From: an uncultured virus (IMG/VR IMGVR_UViG_3300035670_000050)
Taxonomy: Duplodnaviria; Heunggongvirae; Uroviricota; Caudoviricetes
Reading direction: 5' to 3' (one strand)
IMG/VR virus record: IMGVR_UViG_3300035670_000050
Coordinates: 1 to 64,000 of that record
DNA length: 64,000 bases
This document shows, piece by piece, positions 33,838-43,993 of the stretch. The translations under genes were made by a program, and so were the position numbers. Below the pieces are notes generated by a model. The model saw only the letters and a list, made by a program, of their open reading frames with translations. It searched no databases and was not told the DNA's origin. Numbering within the stretch: the stretch's first letter is position 1; each line of letters opens with the position of its first letter.

Positions 33838-34389
33838 ATGGCAAAATTTACATTTAAATGTGAGAATGAAGATAACGATACTGTGAATACGATTGAATTT
33901 ACAGCTTATTCTATTCATCAAGTTTTAACAAAAATAGAACAGTTTATTCAAGGCACCTCTGAATTTGAAATTGATGGTTATCTTGATATTGTACAACCAC
34001 AATATGAAGCAGATGATGAGGAAGAGGATGAGGAAGATGAAGAATATAAACCTTCTTCCTCTAGTGTTTTTAAATCAATGGCAGATAATTTAATTAAGAA
34101 CCCTCCGTCTATGTTCGATGACACTATTCAGATTAGTTTAAATGATATTAAATTTGATAACATGTCTAATATGACAGGCGCCCATCAAGACGATATCATT
34201 ACAGCGTTCCAAGACATCAAAATTGAACCTTTTGATTTTAGTCTGCCAGGTAACACAATGATTACTGGTATAGACAGTTTGAATAATTGTCCTCTTTGTA
34301 ATCTTCCCAAAAGTGTTATGGAAACAAACAAGTGCTGGGATGAAAAATGCCCATTTGGTTTTGAAGAGATAAAGATTAGTCAACGATAA
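33838..34389 (+). CDS. acidic hypothetical protein with C-terminal Cys cluster
   Basis: AAGGA RBS; CPLC...C....C. Confidence 0.7.
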   Translation: MAKFTFKCENEDNDTVNTIEFTAYSIHQVLTKIEQFIQGTSEFEIDGYLDIVQPQYEADDEEEDEEDEEYKPSSSSVFKSMADNLIKNPPSMFDDTIQISLNDIKFDNMSNMTGAHQDDIITAFQDIKIEPFDFSLPGNTMITGIDSLNNCPLCNLPKSVMETNKCWDEKCPFGFEEIKISQR

Positions 34390-34613
34390 TGCCTACAAAA
34401 GAAGAACAGAAAAAATTTGCCTTTGCAATTGATAGTATGGTGTCAAACACCGACTATAATTACATTGAAGCAATAGTCGAGTATTGTAAAGAGACTGGTT
34501 TAGAAATTGAAGTTGCTGCATCGTTAGTAAATAGTCATCTTAAAAAGAAGATTGAAAATGATGCACAAGAACAAAACTTACTTAAAGAGAAAACACCTAG
34601 ATTGCCAATATGA
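34389..34613 (+). CDS. 33: late transcription coactivator gp33
   Basis: YIEAIVEYC...IEVAASLV...LKKKIE; synteny with 59 and 32. Confidence 0.85.
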   Translation: MPTKEEQKKFAFAIDSMVSNTDYNYIEAIVEYCKETGLEIEVAASLVNSHLKKKIENDAQEQNLLKEKTPRLPI

Positions 34614-35227
34614 TAACTGGATATGAAGCTTTTTGTTTATATCAATCGATGAAATTGCATTTCACGCAAGAGTCTTATGACTTTTTAAAGTATGGTGGTA
34701 AAAGTAAAGTTTCTGTAGATAGTTTTGAAAATAGAAAAGATAAATTCTTTTTCTATAAGCTTTCTCGACGATTGCAGAGTAAAGATGAACTCATAAATTT
34801 TCTTGTTGCCAATTTTGTCAATGATGAAAATTGTTGGGTAGGTAATTTACTTGAAGGTCAGTCTGAAACTGTTTACAGAGAAAGGCAAAAAGTCATTCAG
34901 AGTTTGTCCTATACCTTTGAGAACGATTGCAATAAATTGTTTGATATGGTAGACAACCCGAATGACATTTTGCAAAGTGAAGATGGCGAGTATCCATTAC
35001 TATTAGTGAAGACTTTACAGAATGTTACACAAATTGAGACTTTCTGTATAATGAACTCACTAATGAATTTTTTGCCGATGTGGGATAAGAAGATAAATGA
35101 TACGATTCGTTGGCCTGTCTTTAAAAGAAAGGCAATGAAATATACACCGTTTATACAATTTGATAAAACTCGGTACAAATTAATACTCAAGAAATTAATT
35201 GATGGAAAAGTGCTTGTAAACCACTAA
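34610..35227 (+). CDS. 59: helicase loader gp59
   Basis: Y..MKLHFT...YDF.KY.GK; position before gene 32. Confidence 0.88.
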   Translation: MITGYEAFCLYQSMKLHFTQESYDFLKYGGKSKVSVDSFENRKDKFFFYKLSRRLQSKDELINFLVANFVNDENCWVGNLLEGQSETVYRERQKVIQSLSYTFENDCNKLFDMVDNPNDILQSEDGEYPLLLVKTLQNVTQIETFCIMNSLMNFLPMWDKKINDTIRWPVFKRKAMKYTPFIQFDKTRYKLILKKLIDGKVLVNH

Positions 35228-35242
35228 ATATTAGTATATAAT
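35214..35242 (+). promoter_or_regulatory. gene 32 promoter (sigma70-like with nested late motif)
   Basis: TTGTAA-17-TATAAT; CTAAATA in spacer. Confidence 0.65.
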
Positions 35243-35302
35243 GTTTATGTGGATAAGTCGTTAATATACCGTTTATACTCCGTTTATACGAAAGGAAATA
35301 CT

Positions 35303-36193
35303 ATGTCTAGTTTTGCAAATCTCAAACGAAATAAAAACTCTTTTGAGAAACTCACAAAGGCTATCGAAGCCACAACCCAATCAACAGAAAACTCCAAAGA
35401 CGATACAAGGTTCTGGGCACCAGAAGTAGATAAATCTGGTAACGGAATGGCTATCATTCGTTTTCTCCCCGCACCCGCAGCAGATGGTGATGATGCTCTA
35501 CCCTGGGTACGAATCTTCAATCACGGGTTTCAAGGACCTGGTGGTTGGTTGATTGATAACTGTCTCACAACAATCAATGAAAAATGTCCTGTTTGCGAAC
35601 ACAATTCCGTTCTATGGAATTCTGGTATTGAAGCAAACAAAGATATTGCTCGTAAACAGAAACGCAAACTAAGTTATATTGCAAATATTCTTGTTGTTTC
35701 TGATCCCAAGAATCCAGAAAACGAAGGTCAAGTTAAACTGTTTAAGTTTGGCAAGAAGATTTTCGATAAACTTTCTGAGGCAATGAACCCAGAATTCGAA
35801 GATGAGAAGCCAATCAATCCGTTTGACTTCTGGGAAGGTGCAAACTTCAAACTCAAGATTCGTAATGTAGAAGGTTATCGCAATTACGATAAATCAGAAT
35901 TTGATAGTGCAGAGGCACTCTTCAATGGTGATGACGAGAAGCTTGAGAAACTTTGGAAATCAGAATTCTCTCTCAAAGAGTTTACTGAGAAGAAACAATT
36001 CAAGTCTTATGATCAACTCAAAGGTCGTTTAGACAAAGTTCTTGGTTTTGAAGGTGGTGCTGCACCAATCAAATCTAAGGCTGACGATGAGATTGTTACA
36101 AAGTTTGATGATGAGGAAATTCTGAATAAGAAAACATCTATTGCAGATGATGAAGATTTGGATTACTTCAAGTCCCTTGCCGAGTCTGATTAA
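35303..36193 (+). CDS. 32: single-stranded DNA-binding protein gp32
   Basis: IRFLP, HGFQGPGGW, CPVC, FGKKIFDK, NYDKSEF, acidic tail. Confidence 0.95.
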   Translation: MSSFANLKRNKNSFEKLTKAIEATTQSTENSKDDTRFWAPEVDKSGNGMAIIRFLPAPAADGDDALPWVRIFNHGFQGPGGWLIDNCLTTINEKCPVCEHNSVLWNSGIEANKDIARKQKRKLSYIANILVVSDPKNPENEGQVKLFKFGKKIFDKLSEAMNPEFEDEKPINPFDFWEGANFKLKIRNVEGYRNYDKSEFDSAEALFNGDDEKLEKLWKSEFSLKEFTEKKQFKSYDQLKGRLDKVLGFEGGAAPIKSKADDEIVTKFDDEEILNKKTSIADDEDLDYFKSLAESD

Positions 36194-36211
36194 ACAGATT
36201 CGTTCCCATGC

Positions 36212-36240
36212 AACCCCGCTTCGGCGGGGTTTTTTATTTT
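36212..36240 (+). terminator. intrinsic terminator between convergent genes
   Basis: AACCCCGC-TTCG-GCGGGGTT followed by T-run. Confidence 0.9.
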
Positions 36241-38062
36241 AAATTACTGCTCTTTCGAAAAGAAGTCTAGCAAATTCTTCATCTAGTACACTTGCAGTAA
36301 TAATATTACTTGAACCAGATTGAGCCATGTTGTTTACTGTTTGTGGTGAATTGATAACAACAGGTGGCATAGATGAAGCCATTTTACCATCAGCAACAGC
36401 GACAGATGATGCTGCAATTGTAGAACCAGGAGTTCTTGTGAAAATACTAGCAATACTTGCTTTGTTATTTCCCTTTCCATCATAATATGAACTGCCGGTA
36501 TGTGGATTGGCTATTGAAGCAAATTCTTTAGACAATTCTAATTGTTGTTGTATTGGATCAGACCCAGCTCTATTCAATCGTCTTTGTATTAGTTCATTTG
36601 CAAGTTTGTCTTGTGTAGCAGAATCAAATTTATCTTCAATCTTAACGATACCACTATCAACTAATCCTTTTAGTGTTGTAGGTATTATTTGATATTTACC
36701 AGCAGCAAATACTTTTTTGTCTTTCTGAAGTTGCATTACTTGTCCAACAGTCATGTTTGATAACCCAGGCAAACCTTCTGGGGTATCACCTGCTTTGCCT
36801 TTATTGATGGCATCATACCCCATGGCACCACCTTCAGCTTTTCCAATCATTTCTAAAAGTTCATTATTACTAACTCTTGAAGGTTTATAATTGCTCAATC
36901 TATTTTGTTCTGCTTTAGCTCCACTTGGATCAACATAGTTTGGTACATTTGGTAATCCCTTTATCTTATCTGTATCAACAGGACCGCCGTCAGCAGTAAA
37001 CCCTTGTTCTGGTGTCCAACCACCATCAACACCCTCCTCTACATCTGCCTGACTTGGCGTTTCATGTGAATCACTCTCAATCAATTTATATAACATATAT
37101 GCTTCACCAACAAGAAGACCAAGGGCGCCCATTCTTGCAAAATTAGTAGCGTTCATTGCGCCTCTAGCTTTACTTGCAAGTTCTTTTGCTTTATCTAAAT
37201 TGCCTTTTGGTCTATCTTGTATAGTCCCATATTTGGATTTTCCTTTACCCTTTGCTTTATCTTTATCAACATCTGGAACATCACCTGGTGTTGGTACTGG
37301 AGCTCCAGGACCAAATATTTTAGTACCAAGTCGAGTCATCATTCCTTTCATAAATGTATCAAAAGCCATAAATGTTAATTTCAATACTGCTAAAGCTCCA
37401 ATAGCAGCAGTAACACCAGTTACTAAATCAGAAAAAGTTGTTTCTCCAAAAACAGACTTGACTAAACCACCAATTAAGTTATCGACTTTCTCTTTAAATT
37501 CTGAACTCGTAAAATAAGCACCAAGAACACCTAAAAATACTGTTGCCATTAATGCAAGATTACCCATAGAACTTGTCTTAACTTCTCCACCAACTTTTGT
37601 TGGTGCTGTAGACCCCTTTTTCGATTTTAATGTATTCTCATACAGTTTTTCTTGTTCAGCAGAAGTCTTAAAGAATTTATCAGCACTATCTTTTTGTTCC
37701 CCACCTTGTAACTTAACTAATTTAATCATACTCTGACGCATGACATTAATGTCACGCATCATTATTGGTAATGACATTGTATTTTTGCCAATAAAATCTA
37801 ACTTCTCATTCATGGCATTTAGAGTGTCATTATTTACAGAAACTAAACTTGGACCAGTAGCTATTCTCCTACTACTTCTTTCTACTTGTTTAGTCTTATA
37901 ACTTTTTAGACCTGGAAACAGAGCAGTCAGAACACCTTTTTGATCCAATAGATTTCTTGGATCCATTTTTTCTTTTAGTGATTCTGTTGCTGCACTAGAG
38001 AGAGAACCAAAGACTCCCTTTCCACCACTTCTCTGTTTTCTAATAACGTCTGCAAATGCCAT
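36239..38062 (-). CDS. tape-measure/baseplate hub-like protein with lysozyme-like domain
   Basis: Helical and TM-like segments; AEGG..YDA...AAGKYQIIPTTL muramidase-like motif; follows 26/51. Confidence 0.6.
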   Translation of the reverse strand: MAFADVIRKQRSGGKGVFGSLSSAATESLKEKMDPRNLLDQKGVLTALFPGLKSYKTKQVERSSRRIATGPSLVSVNNDTLNAMNEKLDFIGKNTMSLPIMMRDINVMRQSMIKLVKLQGGEQKDSADKFFKTSAEQEKLYENTLKSKKGSTAPTKVGGEVKTSSMGNLALMATVFLGVLGAYFTSSEFKEKVDNLIGGLVKSVFGETTFSDLVTGVTAAIGALAVLKLTFMAFDTFMKGMMTRLGTKIFGPGAPVPTPGDVPDVDKDKAKGKGKSKYGTIQDRPKGNLDKAKELASKARGAMNATNFARMGALGLLVGEAYMLYKLIESDSHETPSQADVEEGVDGGWTPEQGFTADGGPVDTDKIKGLPNVPNYVDPSGAKAEQNRLSNYKPSRVSNNELLEMIGKAEGGAMGYDAINKGKAGDTPEGLPGLSNMTVGQVMQLQKDKKVFAAGKYQIIPTTLKGLVDSGIVKIEDKFDSATQDKLANELIQRRLNRAGSDPIQQQLELSKEFASIANPHTGSSYYDGKGNNKASIASIFTRTPGSTIAASSVAVADGKMASSMPPVVINSPQTVNNMAQSGSSNIITASVLDEEFARLLFERAVI

Positions 38063-38065
38063 TTA

Positions 38066-38206
38066 TTATCTCTTTTTATTAGCGTTTAGTTGTTTGATCT
38101 TTTCATTTTCTTCTTCAATGTGATTCATCAGTAGTGTTATATAAATTGATTTTTCCCACGGCAGCAAATTATCCAATTCTGCCAAACTATACTTGTGATG
38201 TTGCAT
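38066..38206 (-). CDS. 51: baseplate hub assembly protein gp51-like (possible frameshift extension of gp26)
   Basis: MQHHKYSLAELDNLLPWEKSIY; open frame extends upstream to the gp26 stop. Confidence 0.75.
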   Translation of the reverse strand: MQHHKYSLAELDNLLPWEKSIYITLLMNHIEEENEKIKQLNANKKR

Positions 38207-38256
38207 GAGTGCGAAGTTAGTTTCATAGTGGTTTTTTAAATTATCATGACAAAAAG

Positions 38257-38976
38257 TTATTCGAAAAAATTTTGTATACCTTCTACGAGAACAGTATCTT
38301 CATACCCACATTTATTACATTTGAAGCTTAAATTCTTTTTCATCTTGGGAACAGACTCAAAAAACTTCTGTATCTTTACAAATTGTTGTTGCGTTAGTCC
38401 CTCAACGAAATCTTTTAATTCTTCTTCACTCACATCTTTAGTATAATACATTGAGTTCTTATCATAGATTGCATCTATACATTTCAAAATAATTTCCATG
38501 AGTCTATCTACTTCATTTTCAGATTTTATGTTTTGAATAACTTTTAAACTTGGATACTTCATAATTAAACCAAGTTCATCTGTTATTTGTATTTTCGTAC
38601 TATGGTCTTTTTGAAACTCTGGTTTTATTTCTAATATGTTTACTTTAACTTTTACAATGTTACCACAATCTTGTTCTTTAATTTTGTTGTTGCACTTATA
38701 TTGTAAATCAACAACTTCACTAACCGATCTAGCTCTTAGATGTAAAAAGAAATATTCTAAATCTGTTATTGGCAAATCATCAACATCTAATTCATCTAAC
38801 GAACAGTTATTTACTATTTGTTTTATTGAATCAAAAATTGTATTCTCATCTTGCGATTCCATTGCCATAAGAAGAATCTTTTCTTCTTTTACTAAAAACG
38901 GACGATAACGAATTTTCTTTTTAGTTAAAGGTAAATCTATCGTATGAATTGGCACATCAATTTTAGGTAAAGCCAT
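38257..38976 (-). CDS. 26: baseplate hub subunit gp26-like
   Basis: MALPKI...YRPFLVKEEKILLMA...LRARSV.E...EGIQNFF. Confidence 0.85.
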   Translation of the reverse strand: MALPKIDVPIHTIDLPLTKKKIRYRPFLVKEEKILLMAMESQDENTIFDSIKQIVNNCSLDELDVDDLPITDLEYFFLHLRARSVSEVVDLQYKCNNKIKEQDCGNIVKVKVNILEIKPEFQKDHSTKIQITDELGLIMKYPSLKVIQNIKSENEVDRLMEIILKCIDAIYDKNSMYYTKDVSEEELKDFVEGLTQQQFVKIQKFFESVPKMKKNLSFKCNKCGYEDTVLVEGIQNFFE

Positions 38977-38991
38977 CTTATATCTCCATTG

Positions 38992-39765
38992 TTATGTTAC
39001 TAAGTCAAATATTGATCCCACAGGTTTTGAAATTGCAGAAGAAAATTTTTCAGTAAACGATGTTAATTTTGAACCAAATAAACTTGTTGCAGCTTGAACT
39101 AGATCATAATTACCAGCATACACAACACGGTATTTTTGATATGCAAATTGTACAGTCAGTCTATGAAAGTTATCATCACTCCAAGACAAAGCTTGATTGC
39201 CTATAGAAATAGGAAATGCATCTAGCAATTCAACAATGTATATTTGACGAATGAATTCATCATACTGTATGATCTTTATATTTGTTAGATATCTTGTATC
39301 GTTTCCTTTTGCATATCTGAGATTATTTGTGTCAGTTGGCATGATAGATTCAGTCCACTTTTCAAATAATTTTCTTTCATAGAATTCATTTGTGCAAAGG
39401 AATGTTAAACTTGTATCTTGATATTGTGTCTGATATGGAACTTTAAAAGTTGGGCCATATATTTTGACATCTTGTGTGATTAAACTTTTTCCTGGTAACT
39501 CTGCTGCTTCACATTGCAAAGATAAGTAACGAGTCATTGAAGGATTGTCACTTCTTGACTGTTGATCTGTAGATGTTCTTCTTATAATATCAGTAACATC
39601 TGCTATAATTGTATTTGGTAAATTTAATATTTTTTCGATGAACGAATTGCCAATAAAGTTATTGATGTACTGTGGTATTGGCAAAATAACTTCAAAACGA
39701 TTTGGTTTTGCCAAACCGTCTTTTGCATTTAAGTTAGATAAAAATAAATTTGGTGAAAATGACAT
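38992..39765 (-). CDS. 54: tail tube initiator gp54-like
   Basis: GLAKPNRFEV...CEAAELPG...AFP....LSW...LTVQFAY. Confidence 0.7.
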   Translation of the reverse strand: MSFSPNLFLSNLNAKDGLAKPNRFEVILPIPQYINNFIGNSFIEKILNLPNTIIADVTDIIRRTSTDQQSRSDNPSMTRYLSLQCEAAELPGKSLITQDVKIYGPTFKVPYQTQYQDTSLTFLCTNEFYERKLFEKWTESIMPTDTNNLRYAKGNDTRYLTNIKIIQYDEFIRQIYIVELLDAFPISIGNQALSWSDDNFHRLTVQFAYQKYRVVYAGNYDLVQAATSLFGSKLTSFTEKFSSAISKPVGSIFDLVT

Positions 39766-40344
39766 TTAAAATTTCTTTCTGGAATCGTACCATACTTTAC
39801 TTGTTTTATGTTTTTCAAAAAGTTCTAATGGTAACAAAGCTGCGATGTCCCACTCATCTGGACTAATGCGAATAAATCTAGACTCAATATGTGAGTACAG
39901 ATATCTCTTCAGACATGGTTTCGATTCATATATTCTTGATGCATTTTTTAAAATACTGTAATTGATTTTAAATTTAGTACTTTCGTCATATTTACTATTG
40001 TTCAAAAACTCACTCAATTTATCTAAAAGGATAATTCGTTGCTTTGGGTGAATGTAATGTAAATTCAACCCTAGTATACCGTCTGAGTATCGTTCTATTG
40101 GTAAGACCAATGGGAACCTGTCGTAATATGGCAACGAATCCTTTAGTTTTGGTTCATAATAAAAAAAGTACATTTCTCCAATCAAACTTCTATCTCTCAG
40201 TCGAATCTTATCTCTAGTTACCGATTGTTGTCTTGGGTTCAACTCTTTTAATTTAGCTTTAATCCAATCTCTAGATTTATTTGTCCTTGATTGTATTCCC
40301 TCTTTTGCGAGAGAGAGTTTAATTTTTTCTATTAGATATGCCAT
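39766..40344 (-). CDS. 2: DNA end protector gp2
   Basis: Y.PK.KD.LPYYDRFPLV...GLNLHY...C.KRYL. Confidence 0.9.
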   Translation of the reverse strand: MAYLIEKIKLSLAKEGIQSRTNKSRDWIKAKLKELNPRQQSVTRDKIRLRDRSLIGEMYFFYYEPKLKDSLPYYDRFPLVLPIERYSDGILGLNLHYIHPKQRIILLDKLSEFLNNSKYDESTKFKINYSILKNASRIYESKPCLKRYLYSHIESRFIRISPDEWDIAALLPLELFEKHKTSKVWYDSRKKF

Positions 40345-40410
40345 GTCATTATTTATTTACTATTTTAGTTAAAATCTCAATAAAAGCATTATAAGTACAG
40401 GTGTCCGCTT

Positions 40411-40845
40411 TCAAGTAATACCTATGTCCTTCTCTGTAAGTATCATGAATTCCCAACCATGATCTTTACAAAACTCTGTTGCAGCTTTCCATTTAGACTG
40501 ATTGATTATGTATGTTACTGATTCGTTAATGAATTTCTGTGTTTGTCTTTTCTTAACTGGTTGTTTAGTCTGATATTCTGGTTTCACTTCAATCACATAA
40601 GTCTTAACAGAGTTATCTTTCTTTCTCATCTTTACAATAAAATCTGGAAAGTATCTATGGATCTTATTGTCAATAGGATTGAAATAGCGTATAGGTAGTT
40701 CTTCAGAAGACCACCATAGTACACTTTCAGATAAATCCAACCATTTCATAACCCTTGCTTCCCAAGTTGATCTCCATATGATGTTATTTGGGTCTCCTTT
40801 GTATTTTGCCGGGTTTTTTGGTGTATAAATTCCTTTGTAGCTCAT
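40411..40845 (-). CDS. 4: head completion nuclease gp4
   Basis: YKG...PKNPAKYKGD...RS.WE...HRYFPDF...EVKP...NQ.KW.AA. Confidence 0.92.
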   Translation of the reverse strand: MSYKGIYTPKNPAKYKGDPNNIIWRSTWEARVMKWLDLSESVLWWSSEELPIRYFNPIDNKIHRYFPDFIVKMRKKDNSVKTYVIEVKPEYQTKQPVKKRQTQKFINESVTYIINQSKWKAATEFCKDHGWEFMILTEKDIGIT

Positions 40846-40861
40846 ATAAATACTATTTATT
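40845..40861. promoter_or_regulatory. overlapping divergent late promoters
   Basis: TATAAATA on + at 40845-40852 and AATAAATA on - at 40854-40861. Confidence 0.7.
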
Positions 40862-40877
40862 CTCTTCAAGGAAAAAT

Positions 40878-42005
40878 ATGGCACTCTTCTCTTTTGCCGA
40901 TATATCTTTTAAAAACACAAAAAGAACTGGATTTGGAACTAATGGATTGGCTTTAGAAAGTCAGTACAGTTATGATATTTACAGATATCCTCAAGACTTA
41001 GGTTCTGCTGATAAAGGTCACTATATCGTTTTCCATATAAATCAACAAAAGAAAACGAATTTTAAAGGGCAAACTACTGGAGATCAACCAACGATCATAA
41101 AAGATAGAGTTGAAGGTAGATCATATTCTCCTGGTCAATCATTATCGGATTTGACAAATTTAGCCTCAACTAAATTTGAAAATGTATTTGGAAGTTCTGA
41201 AACCGTTCAAAATATAACTAAAGCAACAACTGATGTTACTTTAAATTTCACACGAACGATTGAGAGAGTGCGAGATACTGTCGCACTATACATGCCAGAT
41301 ACTCTAAGTTATATTCACAATCAAGGGTATTCTGGTTTAGAAATTGGTAATGATCCAATTGCAAGAGGTCTTGATGCAACATCAACTCTTGTAGATACTA
41401 TACGAAAAAGTAGTGAATTTAAACAAGGAGCAATCGATGTATTTAAAAACTTAAGTCCATTTATTGCAAATGAAGTAGCCAAAGGTAGTGCATTTTTAAC
41501 TTCTGGATTTGCAGCAATATTTGGTGTAGTTCAAAATCCAAAATTAGAATTGATATACAGTACTCCTTCTTTTAGAACATTTAGATTTGATTTTGTTTTT
41601 TATCCTCGTAGTGAATCGGAAGCAACAGAAGTTCAGAAAATAATTACACGTTTAAAATTTCATCAGGCTCCAGAAATTTCAACTGAAGGTAAAGGATTCT
41701 TTTTAGTTCCACCATCAGAATTTGATGTTCAATTTTATTACAACGGAAAAATAAATCCAAACATTCCTAGAATAACAACATGTGTCTTGGAGAGTATAGA
41801 TTTAGATTATGCACCAAATGGTTTTACTGCTTATGAAGTTCCAAACGAACCTAAACCTAGTATTGGTAGAACAGGTATGCCTGTTGCTATTAGAATGAGT
41901 TTGCAATTTAAAGAAACAGACATTGTTACAAAATCATTTTTTGGTGCAGATCGTTTTACTGCACAATCAACACAATATGATGATTATAATTTTCCTACTT
42001 CTTAA
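40878..42005 (+). CDS. 48: baseplate tail-tube cap gp48-like
   Basis: LYMP...NP.LEL.Y..P.FR.F.F.F.F.PRS..E...L.FKE. Confidence 0.8.
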   Translation: MALFSFADISFKNTKRTGFGTNGLALESQYSYDIYRYPQDLGSADKGHYIVFHINQQKKTNFKGQTTGDQPTIIKDRVEGRSYSPGQSLSDLTNLASTKFENVFGSSETVQNITKATTDVTLNFTRTIERVRDTVALYMPDTLSYIHNQGYSGLEIGNDPIARGLDATSTLVDTIRKSSEFKQGAIDVFKNLSPFIANEVAKGSAFLTSGFAAIFGVVQNPKLELIYSTPSFRTFRFDFVFYPRSESEATEVQKIITRLKFHQAPEISTEGKGFFLVPPSEFDVQFYYNGKINPNIPRITTCVLESIDLDYAPNGFTAYEVPNEPKPSIGRTGMPVAIRMSLQFKETDIVTKSFFGADRFTAQSTQYDDYNFPTS

Positions 42006-42011
42006 AATAAA

Positions 42012-42683
42012 ATGAAATATCTAAAACTTTTACCAAAAATTTATTATGATGTAGCTGACAATTCTAATTTCAATTATGTTACCAATTTAAGTTCTTCTGC
42101 GTCAATTGAAAATAAATTTTTAGAAAATACTGCTGTATATTACACCTATGATATTCGTGATGGTGATACCCCAGATAATTTAGCTGCAAAATTTTATAAT
42201 TCATCCGAAAGATATTGGATCATTTTAATGATGAATAACATTGTTGATCCACAATACGATTGGCCTTTGCAGTACGATCAATTCAACGAATATGTTGATT
42301 ACAAATATTCTCAATCAGAATATGCAAATACGAACGAGAAGGGTGAAGGTATAAGATGGGCAAAAAATACAGTAGCCAATGTTGATAACTATCATTCTTT
42401 CTATAAAGTAATTACAAAGACTGTTGAAGGTGTAACAACTGTTACTAAACTTCCTGTTGACGCAAACACATACTACAGTAATGAAGAATATATGCAAAAT
42501 GGTGTCAATGGTGAAATTTTATTGCATAGTGGTTCTTTTCTCACATATTCTTATAGTAAAGAAATTAAAACGTATTATGATTACGAATATGAATTGAACG
42601 AATCTAAGAGAGAGATAAAAATATTAAAGCAAGATTTTGTTTCTGTCTTAGAAAATGAAATAAAAGAGTTATATCAACAATGA
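42012..42683 (+). CDS. 53: baseplate wedge gp53
   Basis: Y.IRDGDTPD.LA..Y......WII...N...DPQYDWP...NESKR.IKIL. Confidence 0.88.
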   Translation: MKYLKLLPKIYYDVADNSNFNYVTNLSSSASIENKFLENTAVYYTYDIRDGDTPDNLAAKFYNSSERYWIILMMNNIVDPQYDWPLQYDQFNEYVDYKYSQSEYANTNEKGEGIRWAKNTVANVDNYHSFYKVITKTVEGVTTVTKLPVDANTYYSNEEYMQNGVNGEILLHSGSFLTYSYSKEIKTYYDYEYELNESKREIKILKQDFVSVLENEIKELYQQ

Positions 42684-43993
42684 GTTCAGTTTTAACGCAA
42701 TCTATACAATTTAAAGTCAACGAATTATTTTTGTCTACGAGTTCAGGACAAAATATTGATTTGACCAATATATTTGTAGAGTTAAATTTATTTGACAATA
42801 TTTTTACACCATGTAGATCAGGCAACATTTTAATTGAAGACTCAATAAATCTTTTTGAAAAATTAGACATTAGTGGAAATGAAACACTAAAAATAAACAT
42901 AGAAAAAATGGATGATAATCCTAGTGGATTTATCTTTGAGAAAAAATTTAAGATTTACAAAGTAACAAATAGAAACAACAAAAATTTAACTACACAGACT
43001 TACATTTTACATTTTGTAAACGAAGACTTCATTTATTCTAATCAAAAAAAGATTTCTCAAAGCTATACGGGAACATATTCAAATACTGTATTGAAAATTC
43101 TTACAGATCATTTAAAAGTTCCAAATGCAGCTGTTTCTAGAGGAAATTCTGGTATTGGTACAATCTTTCCAACAGATACCAAAAAAGATTTTATCATTCC
43201 AAATCTAACTCCTTTTGATGCGATAAATTGGATAACAAAGAAATCAATTTCTAACGAATATAAAATACCAGACTATGTTTTCTATGAGTCTGCGGCTGGA
43301 TATAATTTTGTTCCAGTATCTTTTCTTTGGTCTTTAGATTCATTGTTCAACATAAATGTTATTCCTAAAAACTTAGGTAAAGATGTTACGAATAATGAGA
43401 ATGAATTTTATGGTGCCAGAGATGTAAAAGTTTTATCTCAATTTAGTATGATCGATAATATTAAAAATGGTTCTTATGCTGGAAAATTTGTTGGGTTTGA
43501 CACTTTTACTAAAACACAAGTTATTCGTCGAGTGAATAATGCTTTCGAGTTGCAGACTAATGCCAAACATGGCAATAAATATGATAATCTAACTGACTCT
43601 AAAACGAAAGACAACAAAGATTTTAGAGACATGTATGATTCAAGAGTTGTTACATATCCTTTTGCTTTACCAAGAGTTCAGACTGCTTACATAAGAGAAA
43701 ATAATCCAACAGCCTCTACTGTAATTGATGATACTCACAATTATGTGTTTCAAAGAAAATCTTATTTTGCAAATATGATGCAGAAGAGATTGCAAGTCAC
43801 AATGCCTGGTAATTTTGGTTATAATCCTGGGTTTTTAGTGAATCTAGATTATCCTAAATTTTCAACCAAGGAAGAAGAAGTCTTAGATGATACATTGAGT
43901 GGTAGATATATAATTACTGGAGTTAGACATATTATTCGTTATAACAGACACGAAACATTGTTAGAAATTTGTACAGATTCAAGTAAAATATGA
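42680..43993 (+). CDS. baseplate hub protein (gp27-like)
   Basis: Position between 53 and 5; LSGRYIITGVRH C-terminus. Confidence 0.6.
   Translation: MSSVLTQSIQFKVNELFLSTSSGQNIDLTNIFVELNLFDNIFTPCRSGNILIEDSINLFEKLDISGNETLKINIEKMDDNPSGFIFEKKFKIYKVTNRNNKNLTTQTYILHFVNEDFIYSNQKKISQSYTGTYSNTVLKILTDHLKVPNAAVSRGNSGIGTIFPTDTKKDFIIPNLTPFDAINWITKKSISNEYKIPDYVFYESAAGYNFVPVSFLWSLDSLFNINVIPKNLGKDVTNNENEFYGARDVKVLSQFSMIDNIKNGSYAGKFVGFDTFTKTQVIRRVNNAFELQTNAKHGNKYDNLTDSKTKDNKDFRDMYDSRVVTYPFALPRVQTAYIRENNPTASTVIDDTHNYVFQRKSYFANMMQKRLQVTMPGNFGYNPGFLVNLDYPKFSTKEEEVLDDTLSGRYIITGVRHIIRYNRHETLLEICTDSSKI

Noticed and set aside
35249..35302. Upstream GTG start for gp32
   Set aside because: The AAGGA RBS and the typical MSSFANLK N-terminus support ATG at 35303.
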